NCBI GenBank assembly: GCA_964390945.1
Contig: CAYMIV010000004.1
Span: 1-63,946, forward strand
Direction: 5' to 3'
Source of the DNA: an uncultured Candidatus Saccharibacteria bacterium
GTDB lineage: Bacteria; Patescibacteriota; Minisyncoccia; Phycocordibacterales; UBA918
DNA: 63,946 nt
Numbering within the stretch: the first letter of the stretch is position 1; the number at the start of each line of letters is the position of its first letter. The position numbers were made by a program, and so were the translations under genes. The notes under the pieces are model-generated. The model had not been told where the DNA came from, did no database searches, and worked only from the letters and a program-made list of their open reading frames with translations. Of this stretch, positions 5,952 to 15,148 are shown piece after piece.

Positions 5952-7256
5952 ATGTCAAATAGAACCGCTCCCACACTTGATGATTTCACCGCCATTCACT
6001 TCGTCGGTATTGGGGGTATCGGCATGTCCGCACTTGCACGATTTTGTCTTGGCGAGAAGAAAATCGTGAGCGGTTCTGATCGTGCGCCGTCGGACATTAC
6101 GCGAGCACTCGAAAAGGAAGGCGTGAAAACGTACCCATCGCAAATTGCCGCAAACATCACCGATGACGTTGACCTTGTCGTTTACACCGAGGCGATGCCA
6201 CAAGACCACGAAGAACTTGAGGCGGCACGTGTGCGGGGAATACCGATGATGAATTATTTTGACGCGCTCGGCATGGTCGCGAACGAGTACTATCTCATTG
6301 CGATTGCGGGGAGTCACGGCAAGACAACGACGACCGCGATGCTCATCGACATTTTAGAGGATGCGGAATTCGACCCGTCAGCGGTCGTCGGCTCACTTCG
6401 TTCGCGAACGAAATCAAATTTCAGGGCAGGGAAGAGCAAGTATTTCATCGTCGAGGCATGCGAGTATAAACGCGACTTCCTCTCGCTCACGCCCGATATT
6501 CTCGTCATTACGAACATCGAATACGAGCATGTCGATTACTATAAAACCCTCCGCGATGTGCAGGAGGCGTTTCGGGAATTTGCTGCGCAGGTCAGAGAGG
6601 GTGGGGTAGTCATTCTGAATTTTGGCGGCGAAAACATGGCGCCCATCCTTGAGGGGCTTTCCGCACCCATCATCGATTATGGAAAATATTTTGATCCCAC
6701 ACTCAAACTCAGGGTGCCCGGGGTACACAATCAGTTAAATGCCGCGGCGGCTACAGCCGCCGCGGCACACGCAGGCGTATCTCGCGATATCATAAAGTCC
6801 TCACTTGAGAATTTTAAAGGCACGTGGCGACGATTTGAGTATAAGGGCGAAGTGAACGGTGCGAAGGTATATGACGATTACGGACATCACCCGACCGAAA
6901 TACGCGCGACTATCCAGGGTGCGCGCGAAATGTATCCCGATAAAAAAATAACGCTTGTATTTCAACCGCACACATATACGCGCGCCGCGGAACTCTTTGA
7001 TGATTTTGTGACAGAATTAGGGAAGGCGGATCGCGTACTCATGGCACCTATATACGCGGCGCGCGAACAGAACACACTCGGGGTTTCAAGTGAGAAAATT
7101 ACGGAACACATCAATTCTCAGGGCGGAAACGCGACAACACACAATTCATTCGACAACATTGTTGCGGTTCTGAAGCGCGAAAGTACTGAAAACGACCTCG
7201 TTCTCATTATGGGGGCGGGCGATATTATCAATATCTCGAAACAACTTTTTGTATGA
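5952..7256 (+). CDS. murC: UDP-N-acetylmuramate--L-alanine ligase
   Basis: HFVGIGGIGMSALA, GSHGKTTTTAM and the HPTE region are present. ATG 5952 (MSNRTAPTLDD) is preferred over the upstream track start at 5790. Confidence 0.95.
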   Translation: MSNRTAPTLDDFTAIHFVGIGGIGMSALARFCLGEKKIVSGSDRAPSDITRALEKEGVKTYPSQIAANITDDVDLVVYTEAMPQDHEELEAARVRGIPMMNYFDALGMVANEYYLIAIAGSHGKTTTTAMLIDILEDAEFDPSAVVGSLRSRTKSNFRAGKSKYFIVEACEYKRDFLSLTPDILVITNIEYEHVDYYKTLRDVQEAFREFAAQVREGGVVILNFGGENMAPILEGLSAPIIDYGKYFDPTLKLRVPGVHNQLNAAAATAAAAHAGVSRDIIKSSLENFKGTWRRFEYKGEVNGAKVYDDYGHHPTEIRATIQGAREMYPDKKITLVFQPHTYTRAAELFDDFVTELGKADRVLMAPIYAAREQNTLGVSSEKITEHINSQGGNATTHNSFDNIVAVLKRESTENDLVLIMGAGDIINISKQLFV

Positions 7257-7942
7257 GCGGACTCCTCTCAGTTGTTGCAACGCCGATTGGCAATCTTGAA
7301 GATATTACGCTTCGGGCACTTCGTGTGCTGGAAGGAGCGGAGTATGTGCTGTGCGAAGATACGCGGGTGACGGGGAAGCTCCTCGCGCACTACGACATCA
7401 AAGCGAAGCTCAAACGATATGACGCGCACGCTTCAGACAAAGTGCACGCAGATATCATTCGCGACCTTGAAGAAGGAAAACATATCGCGCTCGTTTCGGA
7501 CGCCGGGACACCCGGAATTTCCGACCCGGGGGTATTCCTTGTTGCGCGAGTTCGGGAAGCGCGAGTAGCGCGCATTGACGCCATCCCTGGCCCTTCCGCA
7601 CTCACTGCGGCATTCTCCATCGCAGGCATTGCCGGAAATGAATTTATTTTCCTCGGCTTCGTGCCGCAGAAAAAAGGTCGCGAGACCTTCTTCAAAAGTC
7701 TTGCAGCATATGAGGTGCCGGTCATCTTCTATGAGTCTCCGCATCGCATCATGAAAACACTTGAATCGCTTGTGAGCACCGGCGCGACTATTCCGGTTAA
7801 CTGGAACATCAGTGTGGCGCGCGAGCTGACAAAAATACATGAGGAAGTGGTGGCAGGAACGCCCGAGGAAGTACTTCAGTACTTCAAAGACCACACCGAC
7901 CACGTTCGCGGAGAGTTTGTTGTGTTGGTGAAGAAAGATTAA
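7253..7942 (+). CDS. rsmI: 16S rRNA (cytidine1402-2'-O)-methyltransferase
   Basis: LSVVATPIGNLEDITLRALRVLEGAEYVLCEDTRVTGKLL is the RsmI signature. There is an ATGA overlap with the murC stop. Confidence 0.92.
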   Translation: MSGLLSVVATPIGNLEDITLRALRVLEGAEYVLCEDTRVTGKLLAHYDIKAKLKRYDAHASDKVHADIIRDLEEGKHIALVSDAGTPGISDPGVFLVARVREARVARIDAIPGPSALTAAFSIAGIAGNEFIFLGFVPQKKGRETFFKSLAAYEVPVIFYESPHRIMKTLESLVSTGATIPVNWNISVARELTKIHEEVVAGTPEEVLQYFKDHTDHVRGEFVVLVKKD

Positions 7943-7972
7943 GTTTTCCACATTTTCGCGAAACATTCGTTT

Positions 7973-8269
7973 GTGCGTTATACTAGCGAAATGTCACGCG
8001 AATCATCCGTTTTTCTCTTGGGAATGTTGGTATTTCTTACACCGTTTCTGGGCGTGCCAAATGACTGGAAGGAGAAAGTTTTTATTGTCTCCGGCGCGTT
8101 TCTAATGGTGCTTGGATACAGTTTGCGGCGCACCGCTTTTCTTCACTCAATCGATGGAGGGAATGGGGAGAGAAAGACCGACACTTTTGTTGAAAGCCAC
8201 CGTGTTCGGGAAAATCCAATGGAAACAAAATCAGACGCAGCACCTGAAGAAGTTTCCGTGACAGAATAA
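7973..8269 (+). CDS. Hypothetical small 2-TM membrane protein
   Basis: 98-aa ORF (alternative ATG at 7991). Two hydrophobic helices and an acidic tail. No family was recognised. Confidence 0.5.
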   Translation: MRYTSEMSRESSVFLLGMLVFLTPFLGVPNDWKEKVFIVSGAFLMVLGYSLRRTAFLHSIDGGNGERKTDTFVESHRVRENPMETKSDAAPEEVSVTE

Positions 8270-8280
8270 TTGTTTGCACT

Positions 8281-9573
8281 ATGTATCGATACGGTGTTGT
8301 CGCTTTGGGAACGGTGGGGATATTTGCGCTCTCGCAGTATGTACTCACGAATGCGGCGCGATATGAATACACTGTTCGTTCCGCACCTGAGCCAACGGAA
8401 GTGGCAACAACAACAGAACAGGAGCGGGAACCGCAGGACACGAGGAAAGCCATCACGCATGTTCCGCTTCCCGAAGTGGTGAAGGCAATATACATGACGT
8501 CGTGTGTCGCCGGAACAACTGATTTTCGAAACCGCCTCGTATCGCTCATAGACGAAACCGAAATCAACGCGGTGGTCATTGATGTCAAAGATTACTCTGG
8601 CACCATTTCATTCCCACCGATTTCTGAGGACTGGAAGCCGGCCTGGCAAAATGCACGGTGTGGCACAAGTGATATGGAAGCATTCATTGCCTCACTCCAT
8701 GAACGGGGGATATTCGTCATCGCTCGCATTACAGTTTTCCAAGACCCGTTCTATGCGCCACTGCACTCTGAATTGGCGGTACAGAAGCGGGATGGGAGCG
8801 TATGGCGCGACAACAAGGGACTCGCGTTCATTGATGTTGGTGCCAAGCAATACTGGGATCATATTCTTGAGTTATCAATCAACTCATACAATATTGGATT
8901 CGACGAACTCAACTTCGATTACGTTCGATATCCTTCAGATGGTCCGATGCAGGACATTGTTTTTCCAAAAAGTATGGCGAGCGAGTATGGAAGTGATAAA
9001 CAAGCAAACCTCGAAGCGTTCTTCAAATATCTCAATGAGCGCCTCGATGACGAATCACTCTTTGCATCAGTGCGCCATGAAAATACCGGGCGATCGTCGA
9101 CGACCCCTTGGACATCGGTTGACCTCTTTGGTATGACAACGACGAATTTTGATGACCTTTCAATAGGGCAGGTGCAAGACAGAGCTGCCCCATACTTTGA
9201 TTTTGTGGCACCCATGGTATACCCGTCCCACTACCCGAAGACATTCCTCGGACTCGGGAATCCGAATGACTATCCGTACAAGGTGGTTCACTACGCAATG
9301 AGTGAGGGAGTGAAACGAATGACGTCTACGACGACACCCACGCAAGGATTTCTTCATGAGCGTTTAGGCACAAGCACTCCTGCAGTGTACATAAAGCCCG
9401 CATACACTGCGGATAAATTCCGTACCTGGATTCAGGATTTCGATTACGGCGGCGACTATGATGCGGCAGACGTGCGCGCGCAAATTCAGGCGAGCGTCGA
9501 TGCGGGGGTCAAAAGTTATATGATTTGGGCGCCGAGCAACATATACACAAAAGAAGCACTCACACCTGAATAG
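8281..9573 (+). CDS. Membrane-anchored putative glycoside hydrolase (DUF4015 / GHL10-like TIM barrel)
   Basis: N-terminal TM segment followed by VKAIYMTSCVAGT...INAVVIDVKDYSGTISF and FDELNFDYVRYP. This resembles the DUF4015 family as I recall it. Confidence 0.7.
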   Translation: MYRYGVVALGTVGIFALSQYVLTNAARYEYTVRSAPEPTEVATTTEQEREPQDTRKAITHVPLPEVVKAIYMTSCVAGTTDFRNRLVSLIDETEINAVVIDVKDYSGTISFPPISEDWKPAWQNARCGTSDMEAFIASLHERGIFVIARITVFQDPFYAPLHSELAVQKRDGSVWRDNKGLAFIDVGAKQYWDHILELSINSYNIGFDELNFDYVRYPSDGPMQDIVFPKSMASEYGSDKQANLEAFFKYLNERLDDESLFASVRHENTGRSSTTPWTSVDLFGMTTTNFDDLSIGQVQDRAAPYFDFVAPMVYPSHYPKTFLGLGNPNDYPYKVVHYAMSEGVKRMTSTTTPTQGFLHERLGTSTPAVYIKPAYTADKFRTWIQDFDYGGDYDAADVRAQIQASVDAGVKSYMIWAPSNIYTKEALTPE

Positions 9574-9640
9574 GGCTACCCTCTGGACAAAACAATCATA
9601 CTATTGTACCGTCTGTAAAGATTCCAGAGAGGAGGCAATC

Positions 9641-9886
9641 ATGAGTCAGACTTCCATTCACGGTATTGCAGCAGGAACACCGGCCCGGGACATGGGGGAC
9701 AACGACCTCATTTTCTTGTGGTCGCAGGCACTTCGGAATCGTGGTCAGAATGACGAGACCATCAACGCGGTCTTGGACATCGTGCGCGGCAAACGCGACG
9801 CGGTGTCGGTGGTTGAAGAGCGTCTCGCGGATATCGCAAGACAGATGGCGGAGCGCAATCTCTTTGCCGCCCACTGTATCGCTTGA
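9641..9886 (+). CDS. Hypothetical 81-aa protein
   Basis: A strong SD (GAGGAGG) lies 6 nt upstream of the ATG, and the gene has its own terminator. No family was recognised. Confidence 0.6.
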   Translation: MSQTSIHGIAAGTPARDMGDNDLIFLWSQALRNRGQNDETINAVLDIVRGKRDAVSVVEERLADIARQMAERNLFAAHCIA

Positions 9887-9900
9887 CGTTCCGTAACCCC

Positions 9901-9930
9901 AGAGTCCCGTACGTCGGGGCTCTTTCTTTT
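9901..9930 (+). terminator. Rho-independent terminator of gene 9641..9886
   Basis: agagtccc/gtacgtc/ggggctct (8 bp including one G-U pair) followed by ttcttttg. Confidence 0.6.
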
Positions 9931-9944
9931 GTTATACTTTTTGT

Positions 9945-11939
9945 ATGTCCTTTGATCCAAACAAAGTCACGTTTTTTGCGCGTACCGATGCGCGGGGAAA
10001 AAATGTCACCTTCGGTATTAAAGCGAAAGACCGCCAGCGCCATGTATACGTCATCGGAAAGACGGGCATGGGTAAATCAACCATGCTTGAAAATATGGCG
10101 ATTCAAGATATTCAAAACGGCGAGGGGATGGCATTCATCGACCCGCACGGCTCCGCCGCCGAAAAATTGCTGAACTATATCCCCGAGAACCGCATCAATG
10201 ACGTGCTCTATTTTGCGCCGTTCGATACTGGATATCCTGTGTCGTTCAACATTATGGAAGACGTCGGTCCCGACCGCCGCCACCTTGTCGTGTCGGGGCT
10301 TATGTCGGTCTTTGAAAAGATATGGGTCGATGCATGGTCGGCACGCATGGCATACATTCTCCAAAACACGCTCATGGCGCTTCTCGAATATCCCGACTCA
10401 ACTTTGCTCGGAGTAAACCGCATGCTCTCCGACAAGGAGTATCGCAAGAAGGTTGTCGAGAATGTAAAGGATCCGGGAGTGAAAGCGTTCTGGGTTGATG
10501 AATTTGCAAAATACAATGAGCGGTACATGCAGGAGGCGGGTGATGCCATAAAAAACAAGATTGGGCAATTCACCGCAAATCCCATCATTAGGAACATTAT
10601 CGGACAGCCCAAATCCTCATTCGACATTCGGAAAATAATGGATGAGAAAAAAATCATCATCATGAACCTTTCGAAAGGCCTCATTGGTGAAACGAACGCA
10701 AACCTTCTCGGATCCATGCTCACGACCCGTGTCTACTTGGCGGCAATGAGTCGCGCCGACCTCTCGCCGTTTGAGATGGATAAAACGCCCAACTTCTATT
10801 TTTATGTTGACGAATTCCAATCTTTTGCAAACGCAACATTCGCAAACATTCTTTCCGAAGCGCGCAAGTACCGCCTCAATCTCACCATCGCGCACCAATA
10901 TATAGAGCAGATGGAAGAGGAGGTGCGGAACGCCGTTTTCGGAAACGTGGGATCCATCATCTCGTTTCGCGTGGGACCGTTTGACGCAGAAACTCTCGAG
11001 ACGATTTTCTCGCCGCAATTTTTAGCGACCGATATCGTGAATCTTGGATTCGCGCAAATCTACCTCACTCTCATGATTGACGGCATCGGCTCAACGCCGT
11101 TTTCCGCAACAACGCTTCCTCCGATTGAGCCACCCACCATGTCATGCAAAGACATGGTTATTGCGGCAAGCCGTCGACAATTTTCACACCCGCGCTCGGA
11201 TGTCGAGGAGCAGATACACAAATTCCACGAGCCCGTTATCCCCATAAAGCACGCACCTCTTCAGGAAAAAAATTCGGTCGAGAGGCGCTTCGTTCACACC
11301 GAAAAAGAGTCACGAGAAACGAATGCGTCGCACGTGCAGCAGCATCGCGCCGAATCATCTGCGCCCACAATGCCGCTACGGGGCGAGGTGGCGAAATCTG
11401 AGAGGGCAATTGCGAAAACCAACACGAACGTGATGCGCTCGAACGGACAAGAACGAAGAGAGGAACAAAAAATTCACTCCGAGCGCCATGAAGAGAAACA
11501 GCGTCTGGAGCAGGGTGGGACTCCTCGCGAGCACCACCCAAAAAAGGCGCACCTCGGTGATCTTCGCTCGGTCCTAAAGAATATCGTTCAAACCGAAAAA
11601 ACAAACAATGTCCAGAAAGCAGATCCTCGCGCATCGGAAAAGGAGGAGAAGTTTAAGGAGTCTCGCGGAGAGTTGCGGAATCTTTTGCAGGATGCGTTGA
11701 AGACGCAGGCTCACACTGCACCAACACCTGCGTCTCACCCCACCCTCGAAACCAAACCAGACATTACGCCAGTGCCCATGATGCGGGTGCCTGAAATAGA
11801 ACGGAAAGAGCCTCCTCTCGAGCCACCTCAGAGTGCCTCACAACAGCCGTATCAAGACGATGGCGCAAAACACTCCATTACTCCCCGCGAACTTGAACGC
11901 ATGATGCGGGTTGGAACAAACGATAAACCCCCGCTCTGA
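9945..11939 (+). CDS. VirD4/TraD-like (T4SS coupling protein type) P-loop ATPase with a long disordered C-terminal tail
   Basis: Walker A GKTGMGKST, Walker B FYFYVDEFQSF, and LTIAHQYIEQM. The last ~230 aa are low-complexity and rich in K/E/R/Q/H/P. Confidence 0.8.
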   Translation: MSFDPNKVTFFARTDARGKNVTFGIKAKDRQRHVYVIGKTGMGKSTMLENMAIQDIQNGEGMAFIDPHGSAAEKLLNYIPENRINDVLYFAPFDTGYPVSFNIMEDVGPDRRHLVVSGLMSVFEKIWVDAWSARMAYILQNTLMALLEYPDSTLLGVNRMLSDKEYRKKVVENVKDPGVKAFWVDEFAKYNERYMQEAGDAIKNKIGQFTANPIIRNIIGQPKSSFDIRKIMDEKKIIIMNLSKGLIGETNANLLGSMLTTRVYLAAMSRADLSPFEMDKTPNFYFYVDEFQSFANATFANILSEARKYRLNLTIAHQYIEQMEEEVRNAVFGNVGSIISFRVGPFDAETLETIFSPQFLATDIVNLGFAQIYLTLMIDGIGSTPFSATTLPPIEPPTMSCKDMVIAASRRQFSHPRSDVEEQIHKFHEPVIPIKHAPLQEKNSVERRFVHTEKESRETNASHVQQHRAESSAPTMPLRGEVAKSERAIAKTNTNVMRSNGQERREEQKIHSERHEEKQRLEQGGTPREHHPKKAHLGDLRSVLKNIVQTEKTNNVQKADPRASEKEEKFKESRGELRNLLQDALKTQAHTAPTPASHPTLETKPDITPVPMMRVPEIERKEPPLEPPQSASQQPYQDDGAKHSITPRELERMMRVGTNDKPPL

Positions 11940-11940
11940 T

Positions 11941-11969
11941 TTGACAGAAAGACAAAATTTCGCTCTAAT
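11941..11969 (+). promoter_or_regulatory. Putative promoter of gene 12015..12464
   Basis: TTGACA (11941-11946), 17-nt spacer, TCTAAT (11964-11969). Confidence 0.3.
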
Positions 11970-12014
11970 AGTGGGCAGATATAGTTTCTCTACATCATAG
12001 CCAGAAAGGCTTAT

Positions 12015-12464
12015 ATGGAACAGGTTCAAAAGGGCTTCCTTGGCTTTTCCGAGGCAGAAACTCCCGTAACAACCAAGCCAAACTCGGCCGCTCACGAATC
12101 CCCCAGGTTGGTGGTGAAAGAGTTCACCTTTAGCGAGGCATGGTGCGAACTCTTTTTTAGAATCAGCGGTGACAAGAACTTCAAATTCCACCATTCGAGT
12201 GGTTACGGAATTGTGCAGGGGACCGCAATACTCACTCAGATGGGAACAATGGTGAGCGAGGTGATGCCTGGATACGTGCCGGTTGACTTCTTGGGAACGT
12301 TTCCAAACTGGGTACACATCGGCGAAACTATCACCATCACCATGGAGCGCCTCGATCATGGTCGCGCCAAGACCAGGGTTCGCTTTACGACCCGCGTCCT
12401 GGACTGCATCGTTTCGACGTGCGAAGCAACCCTTGTCTCCAACAGGGTGACCGGACTCAAATAA
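12015..12464 (+). CDS. MaoC-like (hotdog fold) dehydratase domain protein
   Basis: FFRISGDKNFKFHH...GYGIVQGTAILTQMG fits the MaoC pattern F...SGD.NP.H......G.I..G. The gene is monocistronic, with a promoter-like site and a strong terminator. Confidence 0.75.
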   Translation: MEQVQKGFLGFSEAETPVTTKPNSAAHESPRLVVKEFTFSEAWCELFFRISGDKNFKFHHSSGYGIVQGTAILTQMGTMVSEVMPGYVPVDFLGTFPNWVHIGETITITMERLDHGRAKTRVRFTTRVLDCIVSTCEATLVSNRVTGLK

Positions 12465-12483
12465 GGTTTGGAGAGCGAACTTC

Positions 12484-12522
12484 AGGTCGCACGACGCACC
12501 GCGTTTAGTGCGACCTTTTTTC
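12484..12522 (+). terminator. Rho-independent terminator
   Basis: aggtcgcac/15-nt loop/gtgcgacct followed by tttttt. Confidence 0.8.
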
Positions 12523-12548
12523 ATTTATTTTTGTTACTATAGGGAATT

Positions 12549-14000
12549 ATGACAGCGCGGAAAACGATACTTGTTACAGGCGGGGCTGGTTTTATTGGCT
12601 CGCATCTTTGTGAGCGGCTTGTACTTGACGGTCACCGCGTTATCTCGCTCGATAACTATTTCACCGGTTCGATAGAGAACCATGTGTCCGGTGTCGAGTA
12701 CCGCACCGGCCACACGAAGGATATTGCGGTCCACATTCCTGAGACACCAGACATCATCTATCACCTCGGGGAGTATGCACGCGTAGAAAAAAGTTTTGAA
12801 GATATTGAATTTGTGTGGGATCTCAATAAGCTCGGGACATTCGCGGTACTTGAATTTTGGCGACGCACCATGTGTAAGCTTGTGTACGCAGGTTCAAGTA
12901 CTAAATTTGCAGATGACGGAGAAGGAAGGGATCAGAGCCCCTATGCATGGTCAAAAGCAACCAATACTGAGCTTGTAAAAAATTATGCTGAATGGTTTGG
13001 TTTAAGATACGCAATCACCTATTTTTACAATGTGTACGGTCCGCGTGAAATGGCAGGTTCATTCGGTTCTCTTATTGGAATTTTTTCACAGCTCTATAGA
13101 AATGGCCAGCCACTTACCGTAGTGTCTCCTGGTACTCAAAAACGAAATTTTACACATGTGTTTGATATCGTCGACGGCCTCACGCTTGTAGGCGAACGTG
13201 GGGTGGGGGATAGTTTTGGTATCGGGGCTGATGATGCCTACTCTGTACGTGAAGTGGCAGACTTCTTTGGAGGAGAAGTGCTTATGATGCCGGAGCGTAG
13301 GGGGAATAGAGCGACTTCTTCTGTCGATAATGCCCGGACAAAAGAGCTCGGATGGTCTTCCAAACATTCTCTTCCTGGATACATTGAAAGTATAAAGAAA
13401 GACATTGTAGTCACACCCCCACAAGAGCGTCGAGTCTTAGTATTTTCAACGACATTTTTTCCAGATGCTGGAAAGGCTGAATATGCGCTCTGCGATCTTA
13501 TGAGTGCAATGCCGAATGTTCACTTTGATGTTATTACGACAAAATTCTCTAAGACAGCAGGAAAGGAATGTCCGGTGCAGAACGCCACACTCCACCGTGT
13601 CGGTTTTGGAAATAGTTTCGATAAGTACCTGCTTCCGTTTATGGGAGCAAAAATCGCACGACGACTTCAGAAGCAACATTCATATCTTTTTAGATGGGCA
13701 CTTTTTGCGAGCTATGGAGCACTCGCCGCACTTTTCTCACGTACCTCTAAGAAGCTTCCACTCCTTATCACTATCGCTGATCAGAAATTTGCAAACATCC
13801 CACTCCCGACCCGCATGGTACTCAGTCATATTCTCGGAAGGGCAGACCAAGTATATGCAGACGACACACATGAGGTGAAAGCAGCACTGTCACTCTCAAA
13901 GCGAATGACGATGATTCGATCGATTGGTAAAGGCGATGCGTTTGCAAACCAGATTCGTTTTGCGTATAGCACGATGCTAAAAAAACGCACCACGCTATGA
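12549..14000 (+). CDS. Fusion protein: NAD-dependent NDP-sugar epimerase/dehydratase (extended SDR) joined to an orphan N-terminal Rossmann half of a GT4 glycosyltransferase
   Basis: VTGGAGFIGSHL and YAWSK (YxxxK) define the SDR. Residues ~295-483 (RRVLVFSTTFFPDAGKAEYA...LLITIADQKF) are clearly paralogous to residues 1-190 of the next gene. The Glycos_transf_1 catalytic half is absent. Confidence 0.85.
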   Translation: MTARKTILVTGGAGFIGSHLCERLVLDGHRVISLDNYFTGSIENHVSGVEYRTGHTKDIAVHIPETPDIIYHLGEYARVEKSFEDIEFVWDLNKLGTFAVLEFWRRTMCKLVYAGSSTKFADDGEGRDQSPYAWSKATNTELVKNYAEWFGLRYAITYFYNVYGPREMAGSFGSLIGIFSQLYRNGQPLTVVSPGTQKRNFTHVFDIVDGLTLVGERGVGDSFGIGADDAYSVREVADFFGGEVLMMPERRGNRATSSVDNARTKELGWSSKHSLPGYIESIKKDIVVTPPQERRVLVFSTTFFPDAGKAEYALCDLMSAMPNVHFDVITTKFSKTAGKECPVQNATLHRVGFGNSFDKYLLPFMGAKIARRLQKQHSYLFRWALFASYGALAALFSRTSKKLPLLITIADQKFANIPLPTRMVLSHILGRADQVYADDTHEVKAALSLSKRMTMIRSIGKGDAFANQIRFAYSTMLKKRTTL

Positions 14001-15148
14001 AACACAATCGCATTCTCATTTTTTCAACAGATGACCACCTCTATCCTGCGGGTGGGGCGGAGCAGGCAATGGGAAATATCACAGAGCGACTTCCCGATAT
14101 TCAGTTTGACCTCATCTGTGCGAAGCTGCGAAAAGGTGTTAAAAGTTTTGAGAGGATAAAAAATGTAAACATTTATAGAATGGGTTTTGGGATTCCCAAA
14201 ATCGACGGAATTATCCTTGCGCTCATCGGGCACATTGTTGCGCGGCGGCTTATGAAGAAATATCAATATGACCTTATCTGGTCAATCATGGCGAGCTATG
14301 GTGCGTTTGCAGCAGTGCGTGTAAAGAAGAAAACAGGTTTGCCATTTCTTCTTACACTCCAGGAAGGAGATTCGTTTGAATATATCTACAACAGAGTGAA
14401 ATATGTGCGTAGGCAGTTTAACGAAATTTTTGCCGTAGCGGATGGCATCCAGGCAATTTCACACTACCTTCTTAAGTGGGGTCGAGATATGGGATATAGA
14501 GGAAATTATGGAAAGGTTATTCCGAACGGAGTCGCAATTGAGGCTTTTGCACAGCCACGTTCGGCGGAGGATGTTCACCGTACCCGTGCCACATTCGGTT
14601 TCCCTGATAATGCCACAATTCTCTTTACGAGCTCGCGTCTTGAAAAGAAAAATGGTGTGAAAGACGTCATAGAGGCGCTGGCGCTTCTCCCTGACACAGT
14701 ATGTTTTGTCATTTGTGGAAGCGGTTCGCTGGAGGGTGAATTGAGAACGCTCGTTGAAAAGTACAATCTTCAGCAACGGGTCAAGTTCATGGGTTTCGTT
14801 GACCCGTCAGAATTACCGCTTCTCATGAAAGCGTCAGATATCTTCATTCGACCCTCTCTCACTGAAGGGCTCGGAAACGCATTTCTTGAAGCAATGGCAG
14901 CACGTATGGTGGTAATCGGGACTGCGGCTGGAGGCATTCCGGACTTCCTCACTGATGGGGAGACTGGGTTTGTGGTTGGCATTGAAGACCCCGACAGTAT
15001 CAGGAGCACCGTGCTCAAAGTTATTTCACTCGATGCTCATGCAAAAGAGGACCTGCTGCATCGTGCAGAGGAAATGGTTCGGGAAAGGTACGAATGGAAT
15101 TGCATCAGTCGCGAAATGGAAACACTCTTTAATGCACTTGCACCATGA
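13997..15148 (+). CDS. GT4-family glycosyltransferase
   Basis: ILIFSTDDHLYPAGGAEQ at the N-terminus. The C-terminal half has FIRPSLTEGLGNAFLEAMAARMVVIGTAAGGIPDF (EX7E region). There is an ATGA overlap with the upstream gene. Confidence 0.9.
   Translation: MKHNRILIFSTDDHLYPAGGAEQAMGNITERLPDIQFDLICAKLRKGVKSFERIKNVNIYRMGFGIPKIDGIILALIGHIVARRLMKKYQYDLIWSIMASYGAFAAVRVKKKTGLPFLLTLQEGDSFEYIYNRVKYVRRQFNEIFAVADGIQAISHYLLKWGRDMGYRGNYGKVIPNGVAIEAFAQPRSAEDVHRTRATFGFPDNATILFTSSRLEKKNGVKDVIEALALLPDTVCFVICGSGSLEGELRTLVEKYNLQQRVKFMGFVDPSELPLLMKASDIFIRPSLTEGLGNAFLEAMAARMVVIGTAAGGIPDFLTDGETGFVVGIEDPDSIRSTVLKVISLDAHAKEDLLHRAEEMVRERYEWNCISREMETLFNALAP

Noticed and set aside
10208-10723. 171-aa minus-strand ORF inside the VirD4-like gene
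   Set aside because: It is an antisense shadow ORF. The plus strand carries Walker A and Walker B motifs.
11838-12524. 228-aa minus-strand ORF
   Set aside because: It overlaps the end of the ATPase gene, the promoter, the whole MaoC-like gene (which has the hotdog motif) and the plus-strand terminator. It has no motif of its own.
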